Sequence record: NC_041994.1
Reading direction: 5' to 3' (one strand)
Length of the DNA stretch: 64,000 bases
Shown: in pieces, positions 55,669 through 63,989 of the stretch
Numbering within the stretch: the stretch's first letter is position 1
How the letters are laid out: every line of letters begins with the position of its first letter
Made by a program: the position numbers and the translations under genes
The notes under the pieces: generated by a model
Database searches by the model: none
Told to the model about the DNA's origin: nothing
Seen by the model: the letters and a program-made list of their open reading frames with translations, nothing else

Positions 55669-56340
55669 ATGAAACGCTTTAGCCTTCTTTTGTTGGCCGC
55701 TGTTTCTCTGTTTGGCGCAGCTGCCCATGCGGAGGTAACGTTCTACGATCGCCCGGCGTTCATGGCTGAGGATATGCCACGGGTGATCAAGTGTCAGCGA
55801 CAATCTACTCACTACGGTAACTGTCTGGGCGGCTATATGGCTCCGGCATCTATGGTGGTGAATGTCAGTCGACCGGACGGTACGGATCGTCACACGCGGA
55901 CCATCAATCCGTTAGTGACGGTGTTCTGTGATCAGAACGTGTGTAAGGAATCAACGACAGCGCAAGTCGTGGGTCGGTTCCCTACGCAGAACCGGGTACG
56001 TTGGACCATGATTGAGGGTTACTACCTCTACCGTGATCCAGTCGAAGGCGACTTGGCGTATAAGCGGGGTTGGGGTCCTCAAGCGGATCAATACCCGCCG
56101 TACCAGATCGCTACCGAACCGGTGCAGCACATGTCGACGTTGGTGGACTACTCCGGTACCTACCAGGTCTATTGCCAAGCGCAAGATGACCTCTGTGATT
56201 TCAACGGCCGTAAGGTCAACCGGGCTGACCTGCCCAAACTGATGCCGAAGAAAACCAGTGAATGGTGTGATCAATTCTTCTGCTATAAAAACGAGTACGG
56301 TGAGGGTGTCGTTGGTTTGAACCCTGACGGTCTCTTATAA
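55669..56340 (+). CDS. Exported, Cys-rich protein
   Basis: Signal peptide MKRFSLLLLAAVSLFGAAAHA; eight Cys in the mature part; AAGGAG SD. Confidence 0.8.
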   Translation: MKRFSLLLLAAVSLFGAAAHAEVTFYDRPAFMAEDMPRVIKCQRQSTHYGNCLGGYMAPASMVVNVSRPDGTDRHTRTINPLVTVFCDQNVCKESTTAQVVGRFPTQNRVRWTMIEGYYLYRDPVEGDLAYKRGWGPQADQYPPYQIATEPVQHMSTLVDYSGTYQVYCQAQDDLCDFNGRKVNRADLPKLMPKKTSEWCDQFFCYKNEYGEGVVGLNPDGLL

Positions 56341-56376
56341 CACACGAGGGGTTTCCCCTCTGCCTTTGAGGTAAAA

Positions 56377-56670
56377 ATGGAAGCCCTGTGCACGCTGTTT
56401 ACTATCTACTTCTTTTATCGTTCCTACGCCGTCTACGGCTTCCTGACTGGGCCATTGGCCGATGCAAATATCCAGATACTGACCGAGCGATTTATCACTG
56501 GCCCTCGGGCTGGTTTTATTAGCTGCTTTGACGGTTCGTTACGGGGTATCACCATCGGCTGGGTATCCACGCTAGGTTATCCTCTTCTCACTACGGCCGT
56601 TATCCTTCATACCTGCGTAACCGCTGCTGGCATTACAACTGCCATCCAGCGGCATTGGGCTAAGTTGTAA
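56377..56670 (+). CDS. Small membrane protein
   Basis: GAGGT SD; hydrophobic N- and C-terminal segments. Confidence 0.6.
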   Translation: MEALCTLFTIYFFYRSYAVYGFLTGPLADANIQILTERFITGPRAGFISCFDGSLRGITIGWVSTLGYPLLTTAVILHTCVTAAGITTAIQRHWAKL

Positions 56671-56742
56671 AGAAATACGTTAGGTGTCGATGGTTTGCGG
56701 TAGTGGCATGTCGCCAACGCCGCCGACAAGGATGCCACCCCA

Positions 56743-57006
56743 ATGCTCAGTTCCCTCGTGTTACTGCTGTCATTGTCGGTGCAGCATCAATGCAGTCCCC
56801 CACCGTGCTACGACCAGCCTCGCCTGCAAACGGAATCTCATCGTTGGGCAATAGCTCCACGTGGGATTACGACGCCGCCACGCCGCTACAATCCGTTTTC
56901 CAAACGGGTGCGTATCTGGCCGCGTTGTTCCGTGATCGCTAGGACTGGTCCCGGTGTTCCTCGCCTGTTAGGCCGTCAGCCCGCGCTTAAGGTGCGCGTA
57001 AGCTAA
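56743..57006 (+). CDS. Doubtful ORF with a signal-like N-terminus
   Basis: AAGGA upstream but atypical Arg/Pro-rich composition. Confidence 0.3.
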   Translation: MLSSLVLLLSLSVQHQCSPPPCYDQPRLQTESHRWAIAPRGITTPPRRYNPFSKRVRIWPRCSVIARTGPGVPRLLGRQPALKVRVS

Positions 57007-57036
57007 CGAACCCTGACTGGCATTCGAGGAGCATTT

Positions 57037-57312
57037 ATGTACTCCGTTGGGATTCTTCTGCGTTGGTCGCTGCCTGACATTTGTCGCGCCTCCATCTGGC
57101 ATCTATTGCAGATGAGCCGCTGCTCCAGTTCACATTGGCCGCTACTCCATCGCGCTGCAAACCCCGCCGCAGGTGTTGAGATTACTTTCTATCGCCACGA
57201 TCAACCAGCAGCCCACAGGATACACTCGGCGAAGGGCCGGGTCAGTACCCATAGAGCTGCCGGAGACGATAAAGGTGTCTCGCCTGCGCCAGGTGGTGAC
57301 GTTGTAAAATAG
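57037..57312 (+). CDS. Doubtful ORF
   Basis: GAGGAG SD but atypical composition. Confidence 0.35.
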   Translation: MYSVGILLRWSLPDICRASIWHLLQMSRCSSSHWPLLHRAANPAAGVEITFYRHDQPAAHRIHSAKGRVSTHRAAGDDKGVSPAPGGDVVK

Positions 57313-57324
57313 CATCACCACCAA

Positions 57325-57367
57325 GTAAAGGACCCGCCTGGGTCCTTTATGCCACCTTTTATGCCGT
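57325..57367 (+). terminator. Hairpin with tandem TTTATGCC motifs
   Basis: TAAAGGACCC-gcct-GGGTCCTTTA-TGCC...TTTTATGCCGT. Confidence 0.55.
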
Positions 57368-57390
57368 CTCGCTTATCAGGAGTGAGTTGA

Positions 57391-58248
57391 ATGCCCCCGT
57401 CCATCAAGCGTTTCTTTACCGGTCTGAGTGACTACGTGCAGAAGGATCTGCTGTCCCTACTGCGCAGCAATGAGCACACTGTACCGACCACGAACACCGT
57501 GCCTCAAGCTGATGCATTGCTCAGCCATACCCAGGCGTTCTTCCCGGCATACGAACCTACGCCGGAAGATGATCTGATTGTCCGTAACCTCATAGAGAAT
57601 GTTTCAGCTGACCCACTGAACGTCCTCGTCGGTACCATCTACACGTTTGACAAGCACTACATGTTCTCGCAAGTCCCAGAGACACTGATCAGTGGTGATC
57701 GGCTGTCGAAGGAACTCACGGCGCGCATTAATACCTACAGCGACAAAGACCTGCGTGACTTGCTGTTGCGCAACATGTGGGGTGATGATCGCAGTGAGTT
57801 GGTACTGCGTTTCCCATGGCTCAGCACCCGCGGTAAGCTGACACCGTACAGTCGATTGATTGCTGCCGGTGAAACACCTGAGAACGCCAAGGTGTGGTTG
57901 GGCACCATCAACGGTCTTCGCGATCTGATGGCCCGCGTGTACATCGCTGCAAACGCTCACGGTGAGTTGCTCGTCTGGGCTAACGATTACGACCGGGCGC
58001 GTTACTACTCCCGGTTCCGCAAAGACAACCTGTTCAGTGGTGTGGCCCTACCGCCTGCGCTGTACGCCGAAGTGGATAAACTGGCCGATGTGATTGATGG
58101 CCGTGGATTCAAAAAGGCGTTAGTGCTCGGCAAGTCGGATTACTCCATTGTTCGACGCGCACTGGAAAACGGGGACTGCATGTACACTGTACACCGTCAT
58201 GACACCCCGATGATCAGCTTCTTCTTCGCCAACAAGCAGGCCTCTTAA
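57391..58248 (+). CDS. Hypothetical protein
   Basis: AGGAG SD; 285 aa. Confidence 0.8.
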   Translation: MPPSIKRFFTGLSDYVQKDLLSLLRSNEHTVPTTNTVPQADALLSHTQAFFPAYEPTPEDDLIVRNLIENVSADPLNVLVGTIYTFDKHYMFSQVPETLISGDRLSKELTARINTYSDKDLRDLLLRNMWGDDRSELVLRFPWLSTRGKLTPYSRLIAAGETPENAKVWLGTINGLRDLMARVYIAANAHGELLVWANDYDRARYYSRFRKDNLFSGVALPPALYAEVDKLADVIDGRGFKKALVLGKSDYSIVRRALENGDCMYTVHRHDTPMISFFFANKQAS

Positions 58249-58281
58249 GGCCTGCGTCTATTCCCTCCAAGGAGTTACACC

Positions 58282-58791
58282 ATGCAACAGCAAGCCAACC
58301 CAAACAACGCCGCATTCACCATCCGTACCACACGTCTGTCGGATCTGGTTAACGGGATGATCGTCGACAAACGCCGCCTGGGTATTCACCCAGACCGCAT
58401 CATTGATGCACTGACCCACGCCGAGCAAATCGAGGTGGCCGTTGCCATCAAAGAAACCGGTGAGTACATGGTGGTCATGGGCGCTGTTCCGTTGACCGAT
58501 GCACAGCAGGTTGAGCAAAGCTACAACGACAACAATCCAGGTCGCCCACTGGGTGCCCACTTCCAACCGCAGTTCTTGAACATGAATGGCGCCATGGGCT
58601 ACAACATCAGCCTGGCGATCTTCCCGGGCGTCGGTGCTGAAGGTGTGGTGATCTCGCTGAACGCTATGCAGTACCAGGGTGTTCAACAGCTGGGTGAAAC
58701 CGGTCTGGTCAACGTTATGCTGGACGTGATCAGTGGCGGCGAAGTCAACCGTGAAGTCGGCTTCAGCAACACCTACCGCGGTCGTAAGTAA
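58282..58791 (+). CDS. Hypothetical protein (strong codon bias)
   Basis: AAGGAG SD; followed by a terminator. Confidence 0.8.
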   Translation: MQQQANPNNAAFTIRTTRLSDLVNGMIVDKRRLGIHPDRIIDALTHAEQIEVAVAIKETGEYMVVMGAVPLTDAQQVEQSYNDNNPGRPLGAHFQPQFLNMNGAMGYNISLAIFPGVGAEGVVISLNAMQYQGVQQLGETGLVNVMLDVISGGEVNREVGFSNTYRGRK

Positions 58792-58796
58792 TTAAG

Positions 58797-58840
58797 AGTG
58801 GAGGGCCTTCGGGCCCTCACCTCTTTTTCTTTTATGCCGT
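58797..58840 (+). terminator. Terminator with TTTATGCCGT tail
   Basis: GTGGAGGGCC-ttcg-GGCCCTCAC then CTCTTTTTCTTTTATGCCGT. Confidence 0.7.
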
Positions 58841-58972
58841 CTGCAAGGATCTACTGGGGTGATCGTTATACAGAGCTAATGCAGCAATAGGAGCAGCGAC
58901 GTCTACCCGCGTGGTGACCGTCTATGCCGGCCTGTGCTGTGTCTTGTAGAAGTAAGTACCTTGGAGGGTTAC

Positions 58973-59272
58973 ATGGATATCAGAAAGGCTCAGACGTCGA
59001 TTGAAGAGCTTAACGAGGTCATGGAGATGGTATCCGACAGTTTCTATACTGTCGTTTCCTTTAACCGCGATAAAGCGATCGGTGGGTTAGTGCAACCGGG
59101 TATGTCTACCGATCAAGAGAAGGTTATTGCCAATGCCGTTAATGCAGGAGTACGGGCTACGCTTAACAGCATTGAAGAACTCGATGGGGAGATACGGTTT
59201 AAGACAAGAGGGTGTACTGCCATTTTGTCAGGTGATCTCTGTCGAGGTATGTTTGAGGAAATAAATACATAG
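58973..59272 (+). CDS. INN-module family protein
   Basis: GGAGG SD before ATG 58973; ends AILSGDLCRGMFEEINT. Confidence 0.7.
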   Translation: MDIRKAQTSIEELNEVMEMVSDSFYTVVSFNRDKAIGGLVQPGMSTDQEKVIANAVNAGVRATLNSIEELDGEIRFKTRGCTAILSGDLCRGMFEEINT

Positions 59273-59644
59273 CCCTTTTATTGAGAGGGGGAACCTAGCC
59301 GTAAGGCGACGGAGGGGGAGAGATATGTCGTGTGAGGGATTTTAACAAAATCCCGAATATGCCTTGCTCTTTGCTCTATAGGCAGGGTGGGGTTGGGGAC
59401 CCACCCTGCACCTACAATGCCGACGAAAAGCCAAAGCGTAGTCTTGGCTTTTTAACAAACAACAGTGAGTGGGTAGGGCACCCACTCACATCCTTTATTC
59501 TTTTATAGCGATAGCTTTAGCCACGGAATGGCATAAGAGAGACCCCAAAGGTCTCTCGGGAATATGCCGTCTTTTTAACGATTCGAAGGGTTTACAGAAC
59601 TACATCATGCCGGTGAACCTAACCACCCTTTAAGGGAGATTCAT
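59273..59644. repeat. Non-coding cluster of six inverted repeats
   Basis: Stems at 59298-59307, 59336-59354, 59382-59409, 59426-59452, 59465-59489 and 59537-59557. Confidence 0.7.
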
Positions 59645-59905
59645 ATGACCCGCATCATCTACAAGTTCACTAACCTGCGTCAGACCACAGGCACTGTGGG
59701 TGAAGTCACGAGTGTGATTGTTGTCGCTGAATCCCAAGGCGATGCCATCATGATGGCTGAAGAAGCCTGCTCGGACAAAGACGTGGACTTCGGTAACCCG
59801 CGTTGCTTTGAGATCACCGAACTGGGTGCAGCAGCACCGGGTGTGGTAGAGGGCGTGCACAGCGCTGACTACTGCTGGGAACTGATCTCGTTCGAATTCG
59901 TGTAA
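59645..59905 (+). CDS. Small hypothetical protein
   Basis: AAGGGAG SD. Confidence 0.75.
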   Translation: MTRIIYKFTNLRQTTGTVGEVTSVIVVAESQGDAIMMAEEACSDKDVDFGNPRCFEITELGAAAPGVVEGVHSADYCWELISFEFV

Positions 59906-59939
59906 CCTTTCCTCATCTACTAATATCAAGGATTCCGCC

Positions 59940-60842
59940 ATGCAATTTGCAAACCTGAATATCGCTGATCTGCGTTGGGCTATGGGCGCTGTACGCGGTA
60001 ACGAAGAGATCCTGACTCAATACGTATTGGCTGGTCTGCTTAACGTTCACCTGCGCAGTGTGCCTATGTCGATTGTGCATCGTGAACAGCGTGAGTTGAA
60101 GTACACCTACCCGATCCTGCGCTTTGATGTTTACCCGGACGTACGTAAGCCATCCATGGGACGTGAGTACACCCACTGGATGGTTGCACCTGTTATCGAC
60201 CAGCCAAGCGTCAAGCAGGAACGCATTGTGATCCACAATCGTGAATCCGATACGCTGTCAGTCGTGCTCAACATCGGTTACACCGAGCCACCTAAAGTGG
60301 AAGAGCCGCCGGTAGAAGAACGTCAGGATAGCCGTCGTGATACCTACGGCGAACGAAGCCACTTCTTCAAGTCGAACAATATCGACATGAGTTGGGGCAC
60401 TACATGGACTGAAGTGGCGCGTATGCAGGTGGAGCTCATGCGTCTGTGGGCTGAAGCGTTCCCGGGTCAATCCTATCGCACAGCGCGGTTCCAGGAAGGG
60501 GCTGTCGTGATCGCGAGTCGTGACCTGCGTTGCGAACAATGGCCACAGGTACCGATGTATCGTGTTGTGGCGCAAGTGCAGCCATTCATCAACGATGGTC
60601 GTGGTTCAGGTGATACCGGGTTGGTAGATACCATCATCCAGCCGCTGGGTCACATGTTTGGCGGTTCGCCGTCCTACGTACACAGCGGCAACCTGTTGAC
60701 CCTCAACCAGTACGAAGCGCGTCTGGTTGAACCAGCCTCGTCTGTGTTCAATGGTCCGCGTGGTGACTACGAACCTTCCAGCTTCATCGTGGAAGAAGTC
60801 ATCAAGAAGGTCCCTGACTCCGTACGCGAACTGTTCCGCTGA
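59940..60842 (+). CDS. Hypothetical protein, paralog of 60880
   Basis: AAGGA SD; shares YVLAxLLN, WxEAFP, YRVVxQ, DTxIQPL with the next gene. Confidence 0.8.
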   Translation: MQFANLNIADLRWAMGAVRGNEEILTQYVLAGLLNVHLRSVPMSIVHREQRELKYTYPILRFDVYPDVRKPSMGREYTHWMVAPVIDQPSVKQERIVIHNRESDTLSVVLNIGYTEPPKVEEPPVEERQDSRRDTYGERSHFFKSNNIDMSWGTTWTEVARMQVELMRLWAEAFPGQSYRTARFQEGAVVIASRDLRCEQWPQVPMYRVVAQVQPFINDGRGSGDTGLVDTIIQPLGHMFGGSPSYVHSGNLLTLNQYEARLVEPASSVFNGPRGDYEPSSFIVEEVIKKVPDSVRELFR

Positions 60843-60879
60843 TTGCTCCTCACCTCACTTTTTAAAGCAAGGACTAACC

Positions 60880-61710
60880 ATGCAAAATACATTGTTTACC
60901 GCTGAAGACATCCGTTCGACCTTGGGTCGTGTTAACGAGCCTGAAGTACTGTTCGCCTATGTGCTGGCAGCATTGCTCAATGACCGACTGAAGATGTCGG
61001 AGATGCATCTGGAGCACAAGCCTTCACGTAACGCTGAACCGGTCTCCTATGCGATTGTGCGCTTCGGTGTCGAGCGTCAGAAGGAAAGCCTCCCACCACA
61101 CACCCGGCCGGGCTTTAAACTGACGGCATACGTGGACGAACCAAACCTCGGGTACGAGTTTCACCCGGTCAACCAGAACCCAGCACGGACTTCGCCGGGC
61201 ACGCTGTATATGTCGAACATCGGGTTTAAGGTCGATGCTCAGCATAATACGCATAGCTGGTGGTCACTGGCAGTCAACGAACACGATTGGTTAGAAGTGC
61301 TGGGGTTGTTTGCGAGCCTGCAAGCAGATTGGGCAGAAGCGTTCCCGGCGCTTGACCTGTCTACTCGGGTATTCGAACCAGGACAAGTGGTTTACTGGAG
61401 CCGTAGCACCAACTCCGATATGTTCCCAACTATCCAACAGTACCGCGTGGTGACACAATCAGAACTGCGGCCTATTGGCATGCATAATGAAGCCGTGGAT
61501 ACGTTGATCCAACCACTGGCCGTGCTGTTCGGAAACAGTAACCAAGTCATCCCTGTGCACAGCCGTGCGTTGATGACCGAAGGTGAATTCCTCAAAAGCA
61601 TGGCCCTTAGTCCGAGTGGTTTTGCGGGTCCACAGCGGCACGAAGCTACACCGTGGTTCGAAAAAGAGGTCATTGCTAAAATGACCCCCGATCTGATCCG
61701 CGCCTACTAA
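60880..61710 (+). CDS. Hypothetical protein, paralog of 59940
   Basis: AAGGA SD before ATG 60880. Confidence 0.8.
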   Translation: MQNTLFTAEDIRSTLGRVNEPEVLFAYVLAALLNDRLKMSEMHLEHKPSRNAEPVSYAIVRFGVERQKESLPPHTRPGFKLTAYVDEPNLGYEFHPVNQNPARTSPGTLYMSNIGFKVDAQHNTHSWWSLAVNEHDWLEVLGLFASLQADWAEAFPALDLSTRVFEPGQVVYWSRSTNSDMFPTIQQYRVVTQSELRPIGMHNEAVDTLIQPLAVLFGNSNQVIPVHSRALMTEGEFLKSMALSPSGFAGPQRHEATPWFEKEVIAKMTPDLIRAY

Positions 61711-61719
61711 GGAGCGATT

Positions 61720-62001
61720 ATGTTTCTGTATCGGATCTACGACAACACCCGGGAGTATAGCTTCCGGGGTGGTATTCGTGCGGCGATCATTGCAGCTGAA
61801 TCGGAAGAGGAAGCACGTAATGTGGTTATCGAGGACGACAAGCACGGTGAGCATGTTCAACTGAACACGCCGGACTATACGTCTGAACTGCTCGGCTTTT
61901 GCTCCACTGTTAAAGCAGGGGTGGTCTTGGTTGATTATGACTACGACTACCTCGAAGTGACTTACGACTGGCACAAAGAGTGCCCCACTGACAACGACTG
62001 A
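61720..62001 (+). CDS. Small hypothetical protein
   Basis: AAGGAG SD; IIAAESEEEAR resembles VVAESQGDA of 59645. Confidence 0.75.
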   Translation: MFLYRIYDNTREYSFRGGIRAAIIAAESEEEARNVVIEDDKHGEHVQLNTPDYTSELLGFCSTVKAGVVLVDYDYDYLEVTYDWHKECPTDND

Positions 62002-62045
62002 TGCTAGACATCTAAGGCAAGCCAACTTCATACAGAGAGCGTCCC

Positions 62046-62918
62046 ATGCCACATACTTCTCGTTTTGGTAGTGCGACATTGAATCAAGAACACTTCGACA
62101 GTCCGCAACTGGGGGACGGATGGCAGGAGCAATTCTGTTATCACTTCATCGTTGTGGATGTGTTGAACAACGGCAACATCGTTATCGTTCCTGTTCATCG
62201 CGAGGGGCAGGGTCAGGTGGCTCAGTACGACAAAGCGTACGAGATCACCAAAACCCAGTTCCATGACGAGGTGTATTACCGTCACGGTTTCATGCGTAAC
62301 ACTTTCCTGTTGGATGTTGTACCAGGTCATCGCGAGATTGCCGCAGCCTGGAAGGAGCAATACCAAGGACAGTACTTGGCGGTGACCCAACCCGTTGCGA
62401 ATCCCGTTGTAGTGTGTGGGTTTCGTGGCGTGGGAAAGTCTCAGGTGACAAACCTGTGCCATGGCGAGAAGAAAGCATTGGACGTTTCCACTGGTGGTGA
62501 TATCGACTACTACGTGCAACTGGTGACCAAACCACCCGCGGGATTGGACATCTTGTTGTTGCCCGCAGATCCGATTGTGATGGCTGCATTAACACACTCG
62601 GGTGTTCGGTATCACATGGTGTATCCTCACGCTAGTTTGTGCAGTGCGTATTTGCACCGCATACACCGGCGTGGGGCTACGGCCGCTGATGTGCATCGCT
62701 TTAAAGCAGGATGGGTTGACGCCGTGCATGACTGTCATTACCAACCTGGCTGCGTGCATTGGCAACTTCACGACAAACAATACCTAGTCGATGTGCTGCC
62801 CAAGATTATCCACATGGAACACTTAGATGACCATGTGTGGGACGCACTCGAAAAGAAGGTGCTTCGTTTGGTTAAACCAGTTGAACTGGAAAAACCGACG
62901 TTGACCGCAACGGTATGA
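62046..62918 (+). CDS. Two-domain protein with a C-terminal P-loop (NMP-kinase-like) domain
   Basis: VVVCGFRGVGKS Walker A, then GVRYHMVYP and RIHRRG as in phage kinase-like P-loop proteins. Confidence 0.65.
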   Translation: MPHTSRFGSATLNQEHFDSPQLGDGWQEQFCYHFIVVDVLNNGNIVIVPVHREGQGQVAQYDKAYEITKTQFHDEVYYRHGFMRNTFLLDVVPGHREIAAAWKEQYQGQYLAVTQPVANPVVVCGFRGVGKSQVTNLCHGEKKALDVSTGGDIDYYVQLVTKPPAGLDILLLPADPIVMAALTHSGVRYHMVYPHASLCSAYLHRIHRRGATAADVHRFKAGWVDAVHDCHYQPGCVHWQLHDKQYLVDVLPKIIHMEHLDDHVWDALEKKVLRLVKPVELEKPTLTATV

Positions 62919-62949
62919 GCTAACCCCTCTTTGCAAGGAACCAAAGAAA

Positions 62950-63336
62950 ATGGCAACTTTTCAAGTCACCTCGCGTGACCGCAAACACCACAGCGCCTCG
63001 GCTTCCGTGCGGGAATTCCAGAGCCGTGATCGTACACAACGCGACCCGTCGGCACACCCTGTTCAAGTGCGCGACTTCGAAGCCATCCGTACCCAGCGTG
63101 GTTCGATGGCAGAACCAGCGGCCCCTAGCCACCCGGTAACACAGGAGCCGATCGAGTACAAAGAGGTTCAGCTCAACAAACGTTACGTGTCCAAACGGGT
63201 TGGCAAAACGATCATTGCCTATCCTGTGGATGTAAAGAAAGGCAAGGTCATCTTGAAACGTGACCTCGAAGCGAAGGATAGCTACACCGAATCCCGAGCT
63301 GTCTTCGACAAGTACTTCGTGCTTGACGAGGTGTAA
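62950..63336 (+). CDS. Hypothetical protein (disordered N-terminus with VREFQ/VRDFE repeat, SH3-like C-terminus)
   Basis: AAGGA SD. Confidence 0.75.
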   Translation: MATFQVTSRDRKHHSASASVREFQSRDRTQRDPSAHPVQVRDFEAIRTQRGSMAEPAAPSHPVTQEPIEYKEVQLNKRYVSKRVGKTIIAYPVDVKKGKVILKRDLEAKDSYTESRAVFDKYFVLDEV

Positions 63337-63339
63337 TGG

Positions 63340-63600
63340 GTGAGATTGGTTAAGTCGTGCCGCCTCCTTAGAAAGAGGCTACTTAACCGTTGGCAATACT
63401 GGCGCCTGCTGACTGAGGTTGAAAAAGCAGGCGGTGCTGTTGTCAACAAGGTAGCCACCTGCACACAGTGTACCCCCGAAACGATGTGCTGCCCGGGTCA
63501 TCACTGCGAACACTCAACCGCCATGCAACAGTACACATGGCGGTTGCGTTTGCTGGATAACGAATACTGGCGGATTAAATTATCTGGAGCTAACCCATGA
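63340..63600 (+). CDS. Small Cys-rich hypothetical protein
   Basis: GAGGTG SD; CxxC...CCxxxxC cluster. Confidence 0.6.
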   Translation: MRLVKSCRLLRKRLLNRWQYWRLLTEVEKAGGAVVNKVATCTQCTPETMCCPGHHCEHSTAMQQYTWRLRLLDNEYWRIKLSGANP

Positions 63601-63989
63601 ACGATGATGATGTTGTAACCATCGACCCCGAATTGGAAATGGAAGATCGCGAAGAAGAGGATGAGGACGACACGCCCGTGGCGGTCCAACGCATCCAAGA
63701 CCTTCAGCGTGAGTTCATCCACTCTGTGCAAATGGTGATGGAACCTTTGGTCGTGGCCAACCCTGAACACCGGGGTTCGATCGAGGCCACAGCCGAAGGC
63801 ATCCTGCAAGTGATTGAAGGCAACGGCAGCGACGAGGGCTACGTTCTCGTTAAACGTGACGATGCCAATTTCGCCATGGTCCCTTGCGTGAAGGAAGTCT
63901 ACGAAGAACACCTGCGTGATTTCGTGGATGCCACCGGTCTGGACATCTCCGTAGGTCTCACCTCGATGTTCGACGACGTCAATAACTGA
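63597..63989 (+). CDS. INN-module family protein with an acidic N-terminus
   Basis: GGAG SD; ILQVIEG...YVLV...DISVGLTSMFDDVNN; followed by the start of a CGGCATA element. Confidence 0.8.
   Translation: MNDDDVVTIDPELEMEDREEEDEDDTPVAVQRIQDLQREFIHSVQMVMEPLVVANPEHRGSIEATAEGILQVIEGNGSDEGYVLVKRDDANFAMVPCVKEVYEEHLRDFVDATGLDISVGLTSMFDDVNN

Noticed and set aside
11532-59575. Recurrent hairpins as a CRISPR array or REP/IS elements
   Set aside because: They are dispersed singly at gene ends with variable stems, have no regular repeat-spacer periodicity, and no cas or transposase genes are present.
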